A stretch of DNA of 64,000 bases from Vicugna vicugna (taxonomy: Eukaryota), in contig MU058221.1 of assembly GCA_013265495.1 (NCBI GenBank), positions 1,426,001 through 1,490,000 on the forward strand, in the 5' to 3' direction. Position numbers and translations under genes: made by a program. Shown here piece by piece: positions 52,557 to 64,000 of the stretch; positions within the stretch are counted from its first letter, which is position 1; every line of letters begins with the position of its first letter. Under the pieces are notes generated by a model. That model saw only the letters and a list, made by a program, of their open reading frames with translations. It did no database searches and was not told where the DNA came from.

Positions 52557-53070
52557 TGTGCCAGCCCAAAGGGGCAGGGGATGGCCTTGACTCGTCCTCC
52601 CCAGAGGAGAGGAATTCAGACAGGGACTAAAGCACTGTGCGAACGGAGAGTTTCGTCAGTGAAGAAAACCTTAGCAGAGCAAAGCAGGCCTTTGAGAACG
52701 GCAGGCGGCCCGGGGGAGGGTAGCGGCCCCACCCTCCTTGGTCCCTCCCGCCTTCCAGCCTGGCTCGGGGATGCTCCTGTGCTTGACCGATGGCCCACGC
52801 CCCTCGAGCGCTCGGGCGGGCCCATCGTGCCCTCACCCACAGTGCGCAGGGACCCATTACAGCCGATCCCATCACAGCGGGCGCTGGGCCCCGCCAGGTC
52901 GGGGCCTGCGCTGTCTGGTGGTAGCCAGCGTCTTGTTGGCACTCGTTTGGAGAAAGTAAAACTCTCTGAAGCCCCTTATTTTGAGGGCAGGTGCACCGTT
53001 CTCTTCTGGATTGTCCCCTCCCCCTCTCAGCCCCCTTGCCGGGCGCCCCTGCCTGTCTCACTGCCTAACG
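52557..53070 (-). mobile_element. Putative ERV1 5' LTR, CpG-rich
   Basis: About 514 bp immediately upstream of the PBS and gag leader. The minus strand starts (C/T)GTTAGGCAG and ends CACA. U5-like 'gaattcctctcctctggggaggacgagtcaagg'. KLF/Sp motif CCACGCCCC at 52795-52803. Confidence 0.6.
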
Positions 53071-54027
53071 ATTTGAGCTAAGGATCGAAAAGTGGTGAAG
53101 CAAACGTAATACACTTTTCGTATCTGCCAAATCAGCGCTCTTCCTTATGCGTTACGCTGGCTCTTATTTCCAGCTCTACCACTAACTACCTGTTAACTGT
53201 GGATGCAGGGCTTCAGTCCTACGAGAAGAGGCTCTTCATTCATAAGATTAGTGCTTAAACTTCGCAAGGAAAGAGATTGATATGTTCGTGTGGTTTGGGG
53301 TTGCAAACCGATTTCAAAACATGAGAAACGTCCTTGTTCATAAAACAGGCGGAGAAACCTCCGTGTCCACGAGCCTTTGTCTGTTTAGACCCTGAGAGAG
53401 TCGGGTGAAGACAGGCAACAGGACGGCACCTCAACAAACCTGCACCAGACGGTCACTTGCTGGAATCAACCAATATCCGACTGGACGCAAGGTCAGAACA
53501 CACTGTTTTAACTTCCAGCCATTAATCCTATCAGAAACAGAACCAAACAAAATTGTTCACAAAATTTTTGTACACAGAGTAACGTCTATGGAAAAACAAA
53601 GAGTAAAACAATTAGGGGAAGTATCTATAGTCTGAAGATCTGGTGTGTTTATCACAAAATAATACACTGTTGCAGAATCCAAAAGAAAATGTTGTTAAGA
53701 ATGCAGAAATTTCTATGAAAGAGAAACAAAAACTCTAATGGATTCACTCAAATATTTATGAAACGTTAACTGTGAAAAGGAAGAAAATTGCAAAACAGAT
53801 ATGCAAATGTAATAGCTTTCTAATTGAGAAATGTTCAACACGAAGGAAAAAAGATCTTAACTACAGTATTGATAAGTGTTTAAACGTCTAGAAATTAATG
53901 TTGATACATTTCTTTTATTTTCATAATAAAAAGAGTCATATATAGATGTGAATACACATGTATGTATGCATAGTAGCCCTAGGATTCCAGGTCAGGTGCA
54001 ATTCGCATGCCAACAACATTTAGAATT

Positions 54028-54089
54028 AAAAAAAATTGAAGTGTATGATTTAGAATGTTAGTTTCAGGTGTACAGTGAAGTGATCCAGT

Positions 54090-54121
<32 letters not shown>

Positions 54122-54549
54122 AAATACGTACATATATGTGTATATATATATGCATATATATATATATATATATACACACACATACATACATTTTTTTCTT
54201 TTCAGATTCTGTTCGATTCTATGTTATTAAAGGAACTTGAATATAGTTCCCTGCGCTGTATAGTAGGTCCTTGTTGTTTATCTGTTTTACATATAAGCAG
54301 TGTGTGTCTGTTAATCCCCAGCCCCTAATTTATGCCTCCCCGCCCTTTCCCCTTTGGCAACCATAGTTTGTTTTCTATGTCCATGAGTCTGTTTGGGATT
54401 TGTAAATAGAATTTGTATCATTTCTTTCTAGATTCCACAAATACGTGAAATCCCATGATGTTTGTCTCTCTCTGTCTGACTTACTTCACTCAGTAGGATG
54501 ACCTCTAGGTCCATCCACGTTGCTGGCAATGGCAGTATTTCATTATTTG
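54028..54549 (-). mobile_element. L1 3' end with 13-bp TSD and internal (TA)n expansion
   Basis: TSD AACATTTAGAATT at 54015-54027 and 54550-54562. Antisense L1 3'UTR ('tctgtctgacttacttcactcagt'). TA/CA repeat at 54090-54190. Confidence 0.9.
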
Positions 54550-57500
54550 AACATTTAGAATTTTAATCAGAAATTGTGAGATGAATACCTTACTGTGAAA
54601 CGGCAGGTGAACTTCAAATTTAGAGTTTAAGGGGACTAGGTCACCAAAGTGGTAAAAACAAACAAACAAACAAAAAACCTCTTGATGTGAGGACCCAGGC
54701 TAAGCAGCAGGCAGCAAGAGGAAATTTCCATTAAAACCAGTTCCATTATTGACACTTTCCCAAGCCCTGGTCCATCTGATAAGTTCTTTCCACACTTTAT
54801 CTCATTTCATTTTAGAACCTGAAGTTAATACTTTTACTTTCTTTGATTCACAGATTAAGGATGAGAAGTGTGTGAGGAGAAATCCACCCAGTCTGGCTGG
54901 TAGACCATCAAGTCCTAATGAAAAAAACATGCATTTCTCAGTTATGGTTCCAGCGATGGGGTAATTGAGGAGGAATGGATGAGAATGATTGTTCTTAACT
55001 GCAAAAGTGTGAGCAGATAGAAGGTAACCTACCCAGGATGATAAGGCACCGTGGGGTCTGGCACCGTGGAAAGTCTTTGCCACTAATTCACTGGCCCTTA
55101 AAGGACAACAGGAGGAAGTATTCACCAGGACCTCGAGAAAGTAACTGTAGGAGGCGTAGAGGTCATTGGCAAAGGGACAGAGTCCCCTCTTGGGGACCTG
55201 GAAGAGAGAATAATTAACTCCTCCTGGCTTGGCCGCCACACTCTGAATTTTGTTGATGGTCCCCTTTGCCCACATCCAAGCAGAAAACAGAGACTAAATG
55301 AGCATTTTGATCCAGACCATAAAGATCAGCTTCTTGGAGCAGAGAAAACAGTGAAGAATATTTAGTGACCTTGGAGAAGAGAACAGTAGGAACCATGCAT
55401 CACAAATTTCTGCATATCATACAACCAGATAAAAACCTCCAGATGGATGAGACGACTCACCAAACCAAAACAAACATCAAGAGCAAGTGGCCTTTAAGAC
55501 ATGGTACAAATAGAAGAAGGCATACGAGAACACTGCAGGAAACGATGTGGAATTTGAGCATGTCTGCGTGGACACTTTTTGATTTGATGATCTATGTATT
55601 TCTGTTTTGTTTGACTGCTGTAACACAAGGCTGTATGTATCATTTAACTTTGTATTAAACTGACCATATCTCAACAAAAATAATCCTCTCCTCTCAAGAT
55701 AACCCTTTAAAATATATATTTAACTTCTTTTTTTTTTCCTGCGAGTGAAACATAAAGTCTAACACAGCGTAAAGATATAAGATGTTCAACTGAGGGGAAA
55801 AGAACGGAAACTCACAACCACAAAGCTTCGTCTATACACGTCACTCTCCCAATTACAGGTCTGAGGACCTGAGCCCTCACTTGGGACACCGCGCGACTCG
55901 GAGGCGGCGGGGCGGGTGCACCGGATACACGGCTGGCCGCCGGAGTCAAGCCACACGGGATCAGAAAGACAGCCTCTCAGACGCAGCAGAAACTGGTCAG
56001 AGTTGGAATCAAATAAGTGAGGGCGCCAGTCAAGATACAGACACAGCAGGTTGTTAGTGGGCAACAATAGAGAAATTCCAAATTAAACAGAGGGACGAGG
56101 TCTCTGAGACACTGCCTTAGAATAAAATACTTAGTGTAAACTGCTCACCTTCAAGGACAAGAAGTCCCATTATTAAATATTCAGGGTTATGTGAGCAGCG
56201 TTCACATTAGTTACACGAAGGCCACTTCATTGCTGTCTTTACACGCTGGCTGTATCTGTTCAGAAGGCTCAAGTGGCTCAAGTGTAAGAGTATATTTTAT
56301 AAGCAGCATATAATCCACATCGATCTGTGACCACTGTTTTCTGGAATAAATTCCAATTTGCTTCCTATTCTGCCCAGAACAGTGCTGACCACATAATCAT
56401 CATTTAAGAAATATTTTTTAACAATTAATAAAAAATATAGGCTTCAGAGTTAGGAGGAGAGGGCAGACTAGTGAAGGGACGCAAATGAAATTCAGTGCGA
56501 TCTCAGGAACCGGGTGATTCCTAAAACGAGTCCTGGACATAGATGTGAAGGGGCTCACATTCAGACATCCTGTTCAATTAATCTGAAGACTGATATGTCA
56601 GATTTTTTTTTTGTAAAAAAGTTCCTAAGGCAATGAATTACGGTGAGGTTTCTTTTGTTTCTTACCCTCTTTAATAAAAAAACTAAAAATGTTCAAGACT
56701 GAAGAGGTAGCAGTCCGCAGGTGACAGTAAACTCTATAAATTCTTTCCTCCTGACTTTCAGAACTAGACTCTGGTGAAGGCAAATGCCCTCTACGTCTGG
56801 ACGCCCTGAAGTCTCACGCTTTGTGGCGCTCGGTGAGGTGGCACTTGGTGGAACTCCGCTCTTGCCGGCCACCCGCCCCAGCGCCTTGCAGGCGACACGA
56901 GGATGAGCCGCGGGAGCCCATCTCCCTACCAGGTAGCAGGGCTTGTCGCCAGCCCCCGGGAGCAGGAGAGAGACGTCTCTGCTGTGGAATCTGAATAGGT
57001 CCTGCCGTTCTCAGACATTTTGGTAACTGTTTGATATAATTATTGTGTCTCATAAAAAATAAATTTTACACTGTAACACTCCAGCCTGCTGTGCTGTTTC
57101 TCTTCAGAATAACTTACGGCCGCTAGACTCCCCTGAACAATGTTGGTCCAAAGCGGTAATAAAGTTGTCATCAGGAGGGGATGATAGACCACTTTGCATT
57201 GTGATAACTGCCTTTTGTGTTATAACTGTTTGCAGCTTTACGAGGGCTTCATAAACGTGATCAATGGCGACAATAAAGTCGGGAGGCACCGGTGGCAGCT
57301 TATTTCTCTCTGCCTCAAAACGGGAGCCGCCTTGCTTGTTGGTGTAAGGCCTGAGCTTGTGTTCCTGGCGGCCACGGGGCTCCGGGCCACGAGACGGACG
57401 ACAAAATTAGCTTCCCGAGCCGCTCCCTGGCTCGCGGGCACTTGCAGCCATTTATTCATGTGACTGTAAACCTATCAGGTTCAAGCAACAGAGGGGTAAC

Positions 57501-60500
57501 TTTTGTGTCCTCCGTAAACCGGGAGGGGCGAGTCAAGCTCTCTGCTACGCGTCCCATTTTCCTTGTTTTTTCAGCCAACGTTAGGAAGTTATTGATCGCA
57601 TTTTGTTATTCTAGGGACTGGCTTAAGATTATTATTTGCTTTTCATGGTAAGATTAATGTGATATGTCCATTTGCATAAAATGATGCAAAATATATATTA
57701 ACAGAACTGGGACGGTCATTGAAAAAGGTACCTCCCAGGAAACGTGCTGCCCTCTCACAACTGCAGGGAGAAATGCAGCCCAATTATTTTTTAAATAAAG
57801 AATTCTTACGATCGTTGAAGTGTCGCATATAGGAACGAAGGTGATAGCATCTCTTCTGCATTCTCACCGTGACCTGTGTGTCCCCAAGAACGGCCACCAT
57901 AGCACAATGAAAGCCGATGGCCAGTTCCACTTCTCGAACTGAGCTGGGGTTTTTTAAACATTTTTTTTTCTTAAAAATTATATAGGTGCTTTCCTTCTTG
58001 TCTTCCCCTGAAATGTTTTTTACCACAAACTCAGTTCAAATATTTATAAAGTAGCAAGTCAGTTACATTAGCCCTGGACTGTTTACACGGCTTCATTCGA
58101 AAATAAAGTCAGTAATAAGTTAATAGCTAATTAAACACATTTGTTTGAATAATACCTGAAGTTAAAGTTTTAATTACTAATTTAAATATAAAAGTTAGTA
58201 CATTTTATAAGGTCATGTACTTGGAGTATTTTATACAAATGCTGCACATAGTACTAAATTTATTTTACTCATTTTTACGTATAGTAAGATGCAGTTTAAT
58301 TAAACAAAAATTGTAACTTGGGAAAGGGTGCACATTTTTTTATAGATCTGCACCAATCAAGAAAAATCCTGGCAGTCTACAAAGCACCTATATTGAGAAA
58401 ACTTTTTTTTTGCTACAGCCTATAGTGTGAAATAAATTTATACAAATTAAATACTATATTTTCAACTATACACACATTTTATGCTTTCTGACTTACCAAA
58501 TAATTCTGACAGGAAGGAACAAAATTAATAAACAACTTATACCCTCCAAATGTTTTCATTTATTTTTATTTCATTAAGCATCCAATTGCTTAATCTAAGG
58601 AAGGTTTTTAAAAGCTCCTTTGTGATTAGATATATTTAATAGGTCTATAAGCTATCCCTAGATTATTACCCTGTGACGTCTCAAGTACTCCTCTGACTCC
58701 TGTGGGCACTGACACCACATGCTTGCAAGAAAACTGAGCCCCAAATTGGAATTTCCCAATATTTATACAAAGCTCAGGTAGGAAAGAACTCTCCCAGGGG
58801 TTATGTGGGCTATGGCATTTCTGGCATGTCTGTTGTGGATTGTCGAAAAAAGATGCCCATGTTCATATGATACAGCAACCCTCAGTGATAAAGAGCAGTG
58901 GGTTTTCTCGAGTAAAGCCCTAGGTTTAAATCCTAACCGTGCTCTTTGCTGGGTGCAGTTTGCAAGAAGAAAGATTCAGGTGAATATTAAGGAACAATTT
59001 TTTGATCATTCCAATTAATGGAAAAGGGAAGGAGTGCTTTCAGAAGCAGGAAGAGCTCATCGCTGCAGGTGCACGGTAGATGTCTGGGTGATCACACGCA
59101 ACAGCAGCAGACTTTGACGCAAGAGTAAAGCACCGACAGGCGACTGGGGCTGAGTCCCTGTTCCAGGGTGGCTCTCTGGTCATTAGAGACCAAGGCGTTC
59201 CCCCGCGCATCCTTAATCATCTCTCTTTCCTCCTTATTTTCATCTCGTGAACTCACACATCCTGAGCCTCTGCTCTTCCAAATGATCGAATTATTTTAAG
59301 TAGATAACTCTAAAGGCGAAGGGCAAGTGCGGGATAGTGGAAGATGACTGTGCTCCACATCATTTGGATGAAATATAGACTTTCACCATCACTGTCAAAA
59401 GAGAACCTTAGTAATACTTAATTCTTGCTTTAATGATCTCTGTAGATGATGCTCCTCCACAAATTCTGCAGGTTCGAGAATGCAGATGATTTGGAGAGTA
59501 TCCAGGAGGAAGCAGTGAAAATGATTAAGATGCTGGGAAACTGGCCCTGTTATTAAGAGAGAGCGGATCAGAGAGACCAAGGGATGGCAATGTGTGTTTT
59601 CAAGTAAAATTTACATGTAACCATAAGGTATATAATTACTTTTATCTTCATATCCCATAAGGACAAAGAAAAAGGGGATTCAATTGATTCAAAATGATGA
59701 GCATACACTAATTTTAAAAATCTGACATAAAAGTTGCATATCAAAAAAAATTAAGATAGTGATTTTCTTCTTTTTCAAAAAAAGGAGTTCTTTCGAGAGC
59801 AAAATACATCATTTGTTGCTTGACAAAGACAGAAGAGGCAGTAAAAAAGGAACATTTTAGGAACTCTTTCCAAGTGAAGAGCAATTAAATGCAAAAAATT
59901 TTAAAACTCTCCCCTGAAATTATAGTTTAAGTCTATGAATATATTTCTCAATAACTTAATACAACTGTATCCAATGATGAGCTCTAAGTTTTGAGCCTGT
60001 GTTTACCTTGATGGACAATGAATGTGTCCACGGGGTTGTGAGTGAACACTGATAAAGAGGGGCAGAAGTCAAAACTGTTAGCCAGGACCACACTATTCCT
60101 TCCACAAATGGTTGACCTACACATGGCTTTGCATTTAAATTAAATGTTCCATATTAGAAATTCAAAGTTTCACATTAAATTAGAGGTTCCTGTCTTTTTT
60201 CTGGGAAAAAAAAATAAACTATAAGATAAGAGGACCATGAGTTCGTATAGTCACATGGAAATGTGTGGGTGGAGCTGTCCAAGAGCGTTTATTCCTTGAG
60301 ATAAATCACATGCGTTTTTGTCCACCATTATTTATCCACGTCCTGTTGTTGAATGGATTCCTAACGTGTATCAGATCCTCATACGAGTCATCATTCACCA
60401 TCTTAGAGCATTTCCATTTTACTTATTTATCTGTTTGTCCTCTATTCCTTTATTGACATTTCTGACATAACACATTTGTGCTTTCACTAAGACTGTAAGA

Positions 60501-60969
60501 ATTCAGCAATAATTCCATATGTACTGGGCGTATAAATTGGCAAGTTCTTGTCATCGGATATTTGCTTATGGATACAAAAAAAAATCCAAAAGGTCACTTG
60601 AAATATATTGGTACTTGAAGCATGGAGAGATTAAGATATCACCACACTGCTGGAACCTGACAAACCATTATGGATTAATTATCAAACTGGCTTTTAGTCA
60701 CTGGTCATTCGAAGGTCACATAGCAACTGGGATAAATCAGGTTGTGTGACTTTCCTCTCATTTTTCATTGTTGCTTACCTTTAATTCCTGTTTACTAAAT
60801 TAAGGTGAAAAAATCCAGAACAAACAAAAAGATAAAAACAAAGAAATCTTGGAACAAGCCTTGTGTTTATTTTCTGTAAATTTCATCAGTGTCCATATTT
60901 AATCGTTATCGTTGTAATGTGGTCATAATTTTCCACTTGCATCATCCATGTTTTTAAAACCTATCATTC

Positions 60970-61170
60970 TGTCAACACTTAATTAACAAATATCTAATAG
61001 GCAACGACTGCGCCACAACACCTTCTAGGTACTGAGCATAAAAGCATGAATAAACTGCTCCATGCAACTTGCATTCTGGCGGGGAATGCACACAGCGAAC
61101 AAGACAGGTAAAGCAATGACATAATGCATTCGTTGCAAATGCAGGAAAGAAGAACAAGGGAAACATGATA
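60970..61170 (-). mobile_element. LINE-2 3' fragment
   Basis: 'ttaacaaatatctaataggc...ttctaggtactgag...caacttgcattctggcggggaa'. Confidence 0.55.
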
Positions 61171-62008
61171 TTAAAGCAAGAATTAGAATTTTACAAAGAT
61201 TGGCCAGGAAATAAGGTGACTTTTAATATCAAACTAACTTCTGAGCGAAGATACTGTGGAATTGAAGTGGTCAGCTTCATAAATAGCACTTAGCTACACA
61301 CTTACTCAATAACGCTACATAGTATGTATTTGCCAATCTCTGTATTTGCAAATGAGCACCGTAGCTTATTTTCCCAAGCCAATATTCTTGGAGTTCAACA
61401 CTGCTGCAAAGTGTTGCAATAGATACAGGAGGCGAAAACAGCAGCAAAATGTATCTTCACCCAGGTGGCGGTACCCAGGTGGGCAAATACACATGCAAAA
61501 GGTCTTCAAGCTGTACGCCTCAGATGCATGCACTCTAAGTTGCGCATGTTGCACTTCAGCGAAAACATGGAAACAATAGCAATAATAATAACAGTGCTGC
61601 TACTACTGTAGTTCCACTATTGCCCTCCCCGTCCCCGCTCGATCTGACCACGGCGCCATCCTCCAAAGCTTCATTCCGAGCGTTCCTGATCTCTAAGGCA
61701 CGCGTGAGAGATTTTACACTCATCGTTTTATTTAATAGTTATTAAAATGTTTGAAGTTAATATGGTTATTCCTGGTTCACAGAGGGATATCTCTGAAACA
61801 ACCTGCCCAAAGAAAGAAACACTGGGCGCTCCTGCGGGTATCACAGCGAAAAGTAATACGAGATGACTCTTCGCAGGTCTTAACTGCAGTGGGTGAGTCA
61901 GATATTAGAAGTTGTCTAACACGTGCTTTTTCAATTAGCTACTGTATTTCCTCTATGATTAGGACATATTTCCTTGTGTTTTCCCTGAGGGGAGATAATG
62001 ACCTAAGT

Positions 62009-62475
62009 CAGTGATTCTCAAGCTTTTTCATCGGATGACACTTTAAAACGCGTACATTTATTGAGCACACCGAGGAACTTTTGTTTCTATGTTATTTATA
62101 ATTGACATTTACCATGTTAAGAATTAAAATTGAGACATTTAAAAATACTTAACTCAGACATTAATTTTAAAATAACGCTGTGATCATCCTGTGCGAACAA
62201 AAATAACCTATCTTAGTGAAAACACCTACACTTTCCGAAATAATAATTGTGAAAATTGTGACAGTGTTTCACATCTTTGTAAATTTCTTCCATGCAAGGT
62301 TTCCGGGTTCTCTAGGTTCTCATAACCGCTTCTGCATTCGCACACCAGGCAGCGTCTGGGTAACTCTGTACTCTTATAAAAGAGGGAGTGAATAAAAGAT
62401 ACCTTACTATTTGTTGAGGAAGCAGTTTTGACCTCCCCGGTCTCCTGAGCGGCACCGCACTGCAGCAGTTGCTGT
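62009..62475. mobile_element. hAT-Charlie1-like non-autonomous DNA transposon
   Basis: Terminus CAGTGATTCTCAA; 'ttattgagcacaccgaggaacttttgtt', 'ttctcataaccgcttctgcattc', 'gttttgacctc'. Confidence 0.65.
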
Positions 62476-64000
62476 CCTGTGGAAAACGGTGTGACACGCT
62501 GTGGGGGAGGCGCAGAGGAATTCGGAGAATAATAAACACGGCAATGGAGTCAGAAGGGAACGCATGTGCCGTTCAGAGGGGAAAGGGCTAGTGGGCTTCA
62601 TCAGAATCCACAAGCTTGTGGCATAAAGGCTCCAGCGACTTTTAATTTAAAATAAGGGCTTTATACTATATCCTCAAACTCCCTCTGCAGCATGAATATT
62701 CTATCAGTTTGCAAGACTCAAGATATTCTCGGGATTTCTTCCCACTGCCATCTTGACGGTTTTGCCTAACAGTGAAGGATAAATAAAGGGACACGAACGT
62801 GTCTGGGAGCATGGCCGTCCTGCTCACACCTGAAATGTCCTTATTTGAGAAAGCTTCTGAGATGAGTATTGCTCCTTGAGGAGCAGAGATATTCAAGAGA
62901 GGAGGGGTAAAGGAATTTGGGATTAATTACTGTTCCCCAGAACAGTAGACTTTAAGCCACTTAACAACCAGGAGTGGTTCTTAAGCCCTTGAACCTGAAA
63001 GGCTGCTCACGTGGCAGAGAATCTTCTGGCAGGTGCAGTGGGTAACGGTGCCTGGTACCAACCCAAGCCGAATCTGAGGGCCCTGTGGTCACCATCTCCT
63101 TTAATACACATCTAAACACAGCTTGTGCTCAGCTAGGAACTGCACTTCATACAGTTGCCAGTTTACCTGAAAATCGTAGACGTATTTTTGTACCCACTCA
63201 AGTTCTCGACCTTAACCCCTCCTCCCATCGTGGGCTCTGGTCGAGCTCAGCCTGCTGCTTCTGCAAGCTGTGCCCTGGTCAGTGCATTTCCAGCATCCGC
63301 GTCTAAAACTAGCAGCGGACGCCAAGTGACACTGGCGCTTTTCGTGTTTCTTTTTAATTCATGTGGGTGCCCTTTTCTAATGTGTCTTATTTACAAAACA
63401 TCAAGGGCTTTTCAGGTAGTTTGTCAAATCACTATTTTTTTCAAAAAAAAAAGTCACTAATAATTTGGTAATGGCGCCATGTGTCATTATGTGTTACATA
63501 ATCGGGTATAATAGTAAATCTTATTTGTCTTGAAAAATATAATTCAATGAAATGAATTTCCTTCTAAACCACCTGTCAATTGTTCTTGCTATAAAAATGA
63601 CAAAACTTTATGGAAAAAAATGTTGCCTATATGCTAATTCTGTTAATAAACATAAACATCACACAACAAGAAAACAATGGAGGAGCAGAAAACAAAAACA
63701 ATGGGAAAATCAATACAAAACGGATTGTGCTAACTGTGGAGACTGATTTCAACAGTGTCAAAAGCTTTGCTCACCAGACTTAACGTGGTAAACATTTCGT
63801 GATGCACGTACGTCAGATCATTAGGCTGCGCACTTACACTTACACAGTCTGCATGCTAATTGTATTTCAACACAACTGGAAGAAAAACAAACCAAAGGGC
63901 CTTTGCATGTCCAGCTTTCCATATTTTCAGCTTTGTTTTATGGCCCTGGATGAGTCAAGTTTTTGTCTGCTTTTCAAAAATTTCCACAAATTTCTTGGTG

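Noticed and set aside
51703..52590. Longest ORF in the window (295 aa, +) and the adjacent 166-aa ORF 52581..53081
   Set aside because: The first starts at GTG. Both are antisense to the ERV gag/leader/LTR in GC-rich, stop-poor DNA, with no recognisable domain.
25165..53070. Idea that the gag/5' LTR and env/3' LTR remnants are two ends of one provirus
   Set aside because: The two LTRs show no visible similarity, and the 25 kb between them holds older L2, MIR, MLT1 and unique DNA.
53979..54328. ORFs rich in YI/IY
   Set aside because: These are translations of the (TA)n microsatellite inside an L1 tail.
1..64000. rRNA, tRNA, NUMT, processed host pseudogene or prokaryotic operon
   Set aside because: None recognised by eye. 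Small or highly diverged copies could have been missed without a database search.

Overview
Mammalian nuclear DNA with no recognisable host protein-coding exon, consistent with a gene desert or large intron. It is probably camelid: the young L1 3' ends resemble the alpaca/camel L1 tail as I remember it, and I saw no Alu, Bov-tA/BovB, SINEC or PRE SINEs. Much of the window is transposon-derived: L1 clusters at 0.6-9.7 kb and 40-47.7 kb, L2, MIR, MLT1/MER21 and ERV1 LTRs, and hAT-Charlie elements. Nearly all ORFs in the track are L1 fragments or chance ORFs. The most informative structures are two unrelated minus-strand class I (gamma-like) endogenous retrovirus remnants. (1) At 51.2-53.1 kb there is a 5' LTR, a degenerate tRNA-His-like primer binding site, a leader and a decayed gag. 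The region is now CpG-rich, carries co-oriented CTCF-like motifs, and lies just upstream of well-formed minus-strand splice sites. (2) At 25.2-26.3 kb there is an env TM-subunit fossil plus a 3' LTR, nested in an MLT1. Unique DNA contains several clusters of developmental transcription-factor motifs (27.1-27.6, 28.1-28.3, 57.1-57.5 and 63.4-63.9 kb) and a perfect RFX X-box beside a candidate first exon at 14.4-14.5 kb. All family names come from pattern recognition, not database searches. I cannot demonstrate a new biological system; the best lead is possible exaptation of the 51-53 kb ERV as a promoter or insulator.
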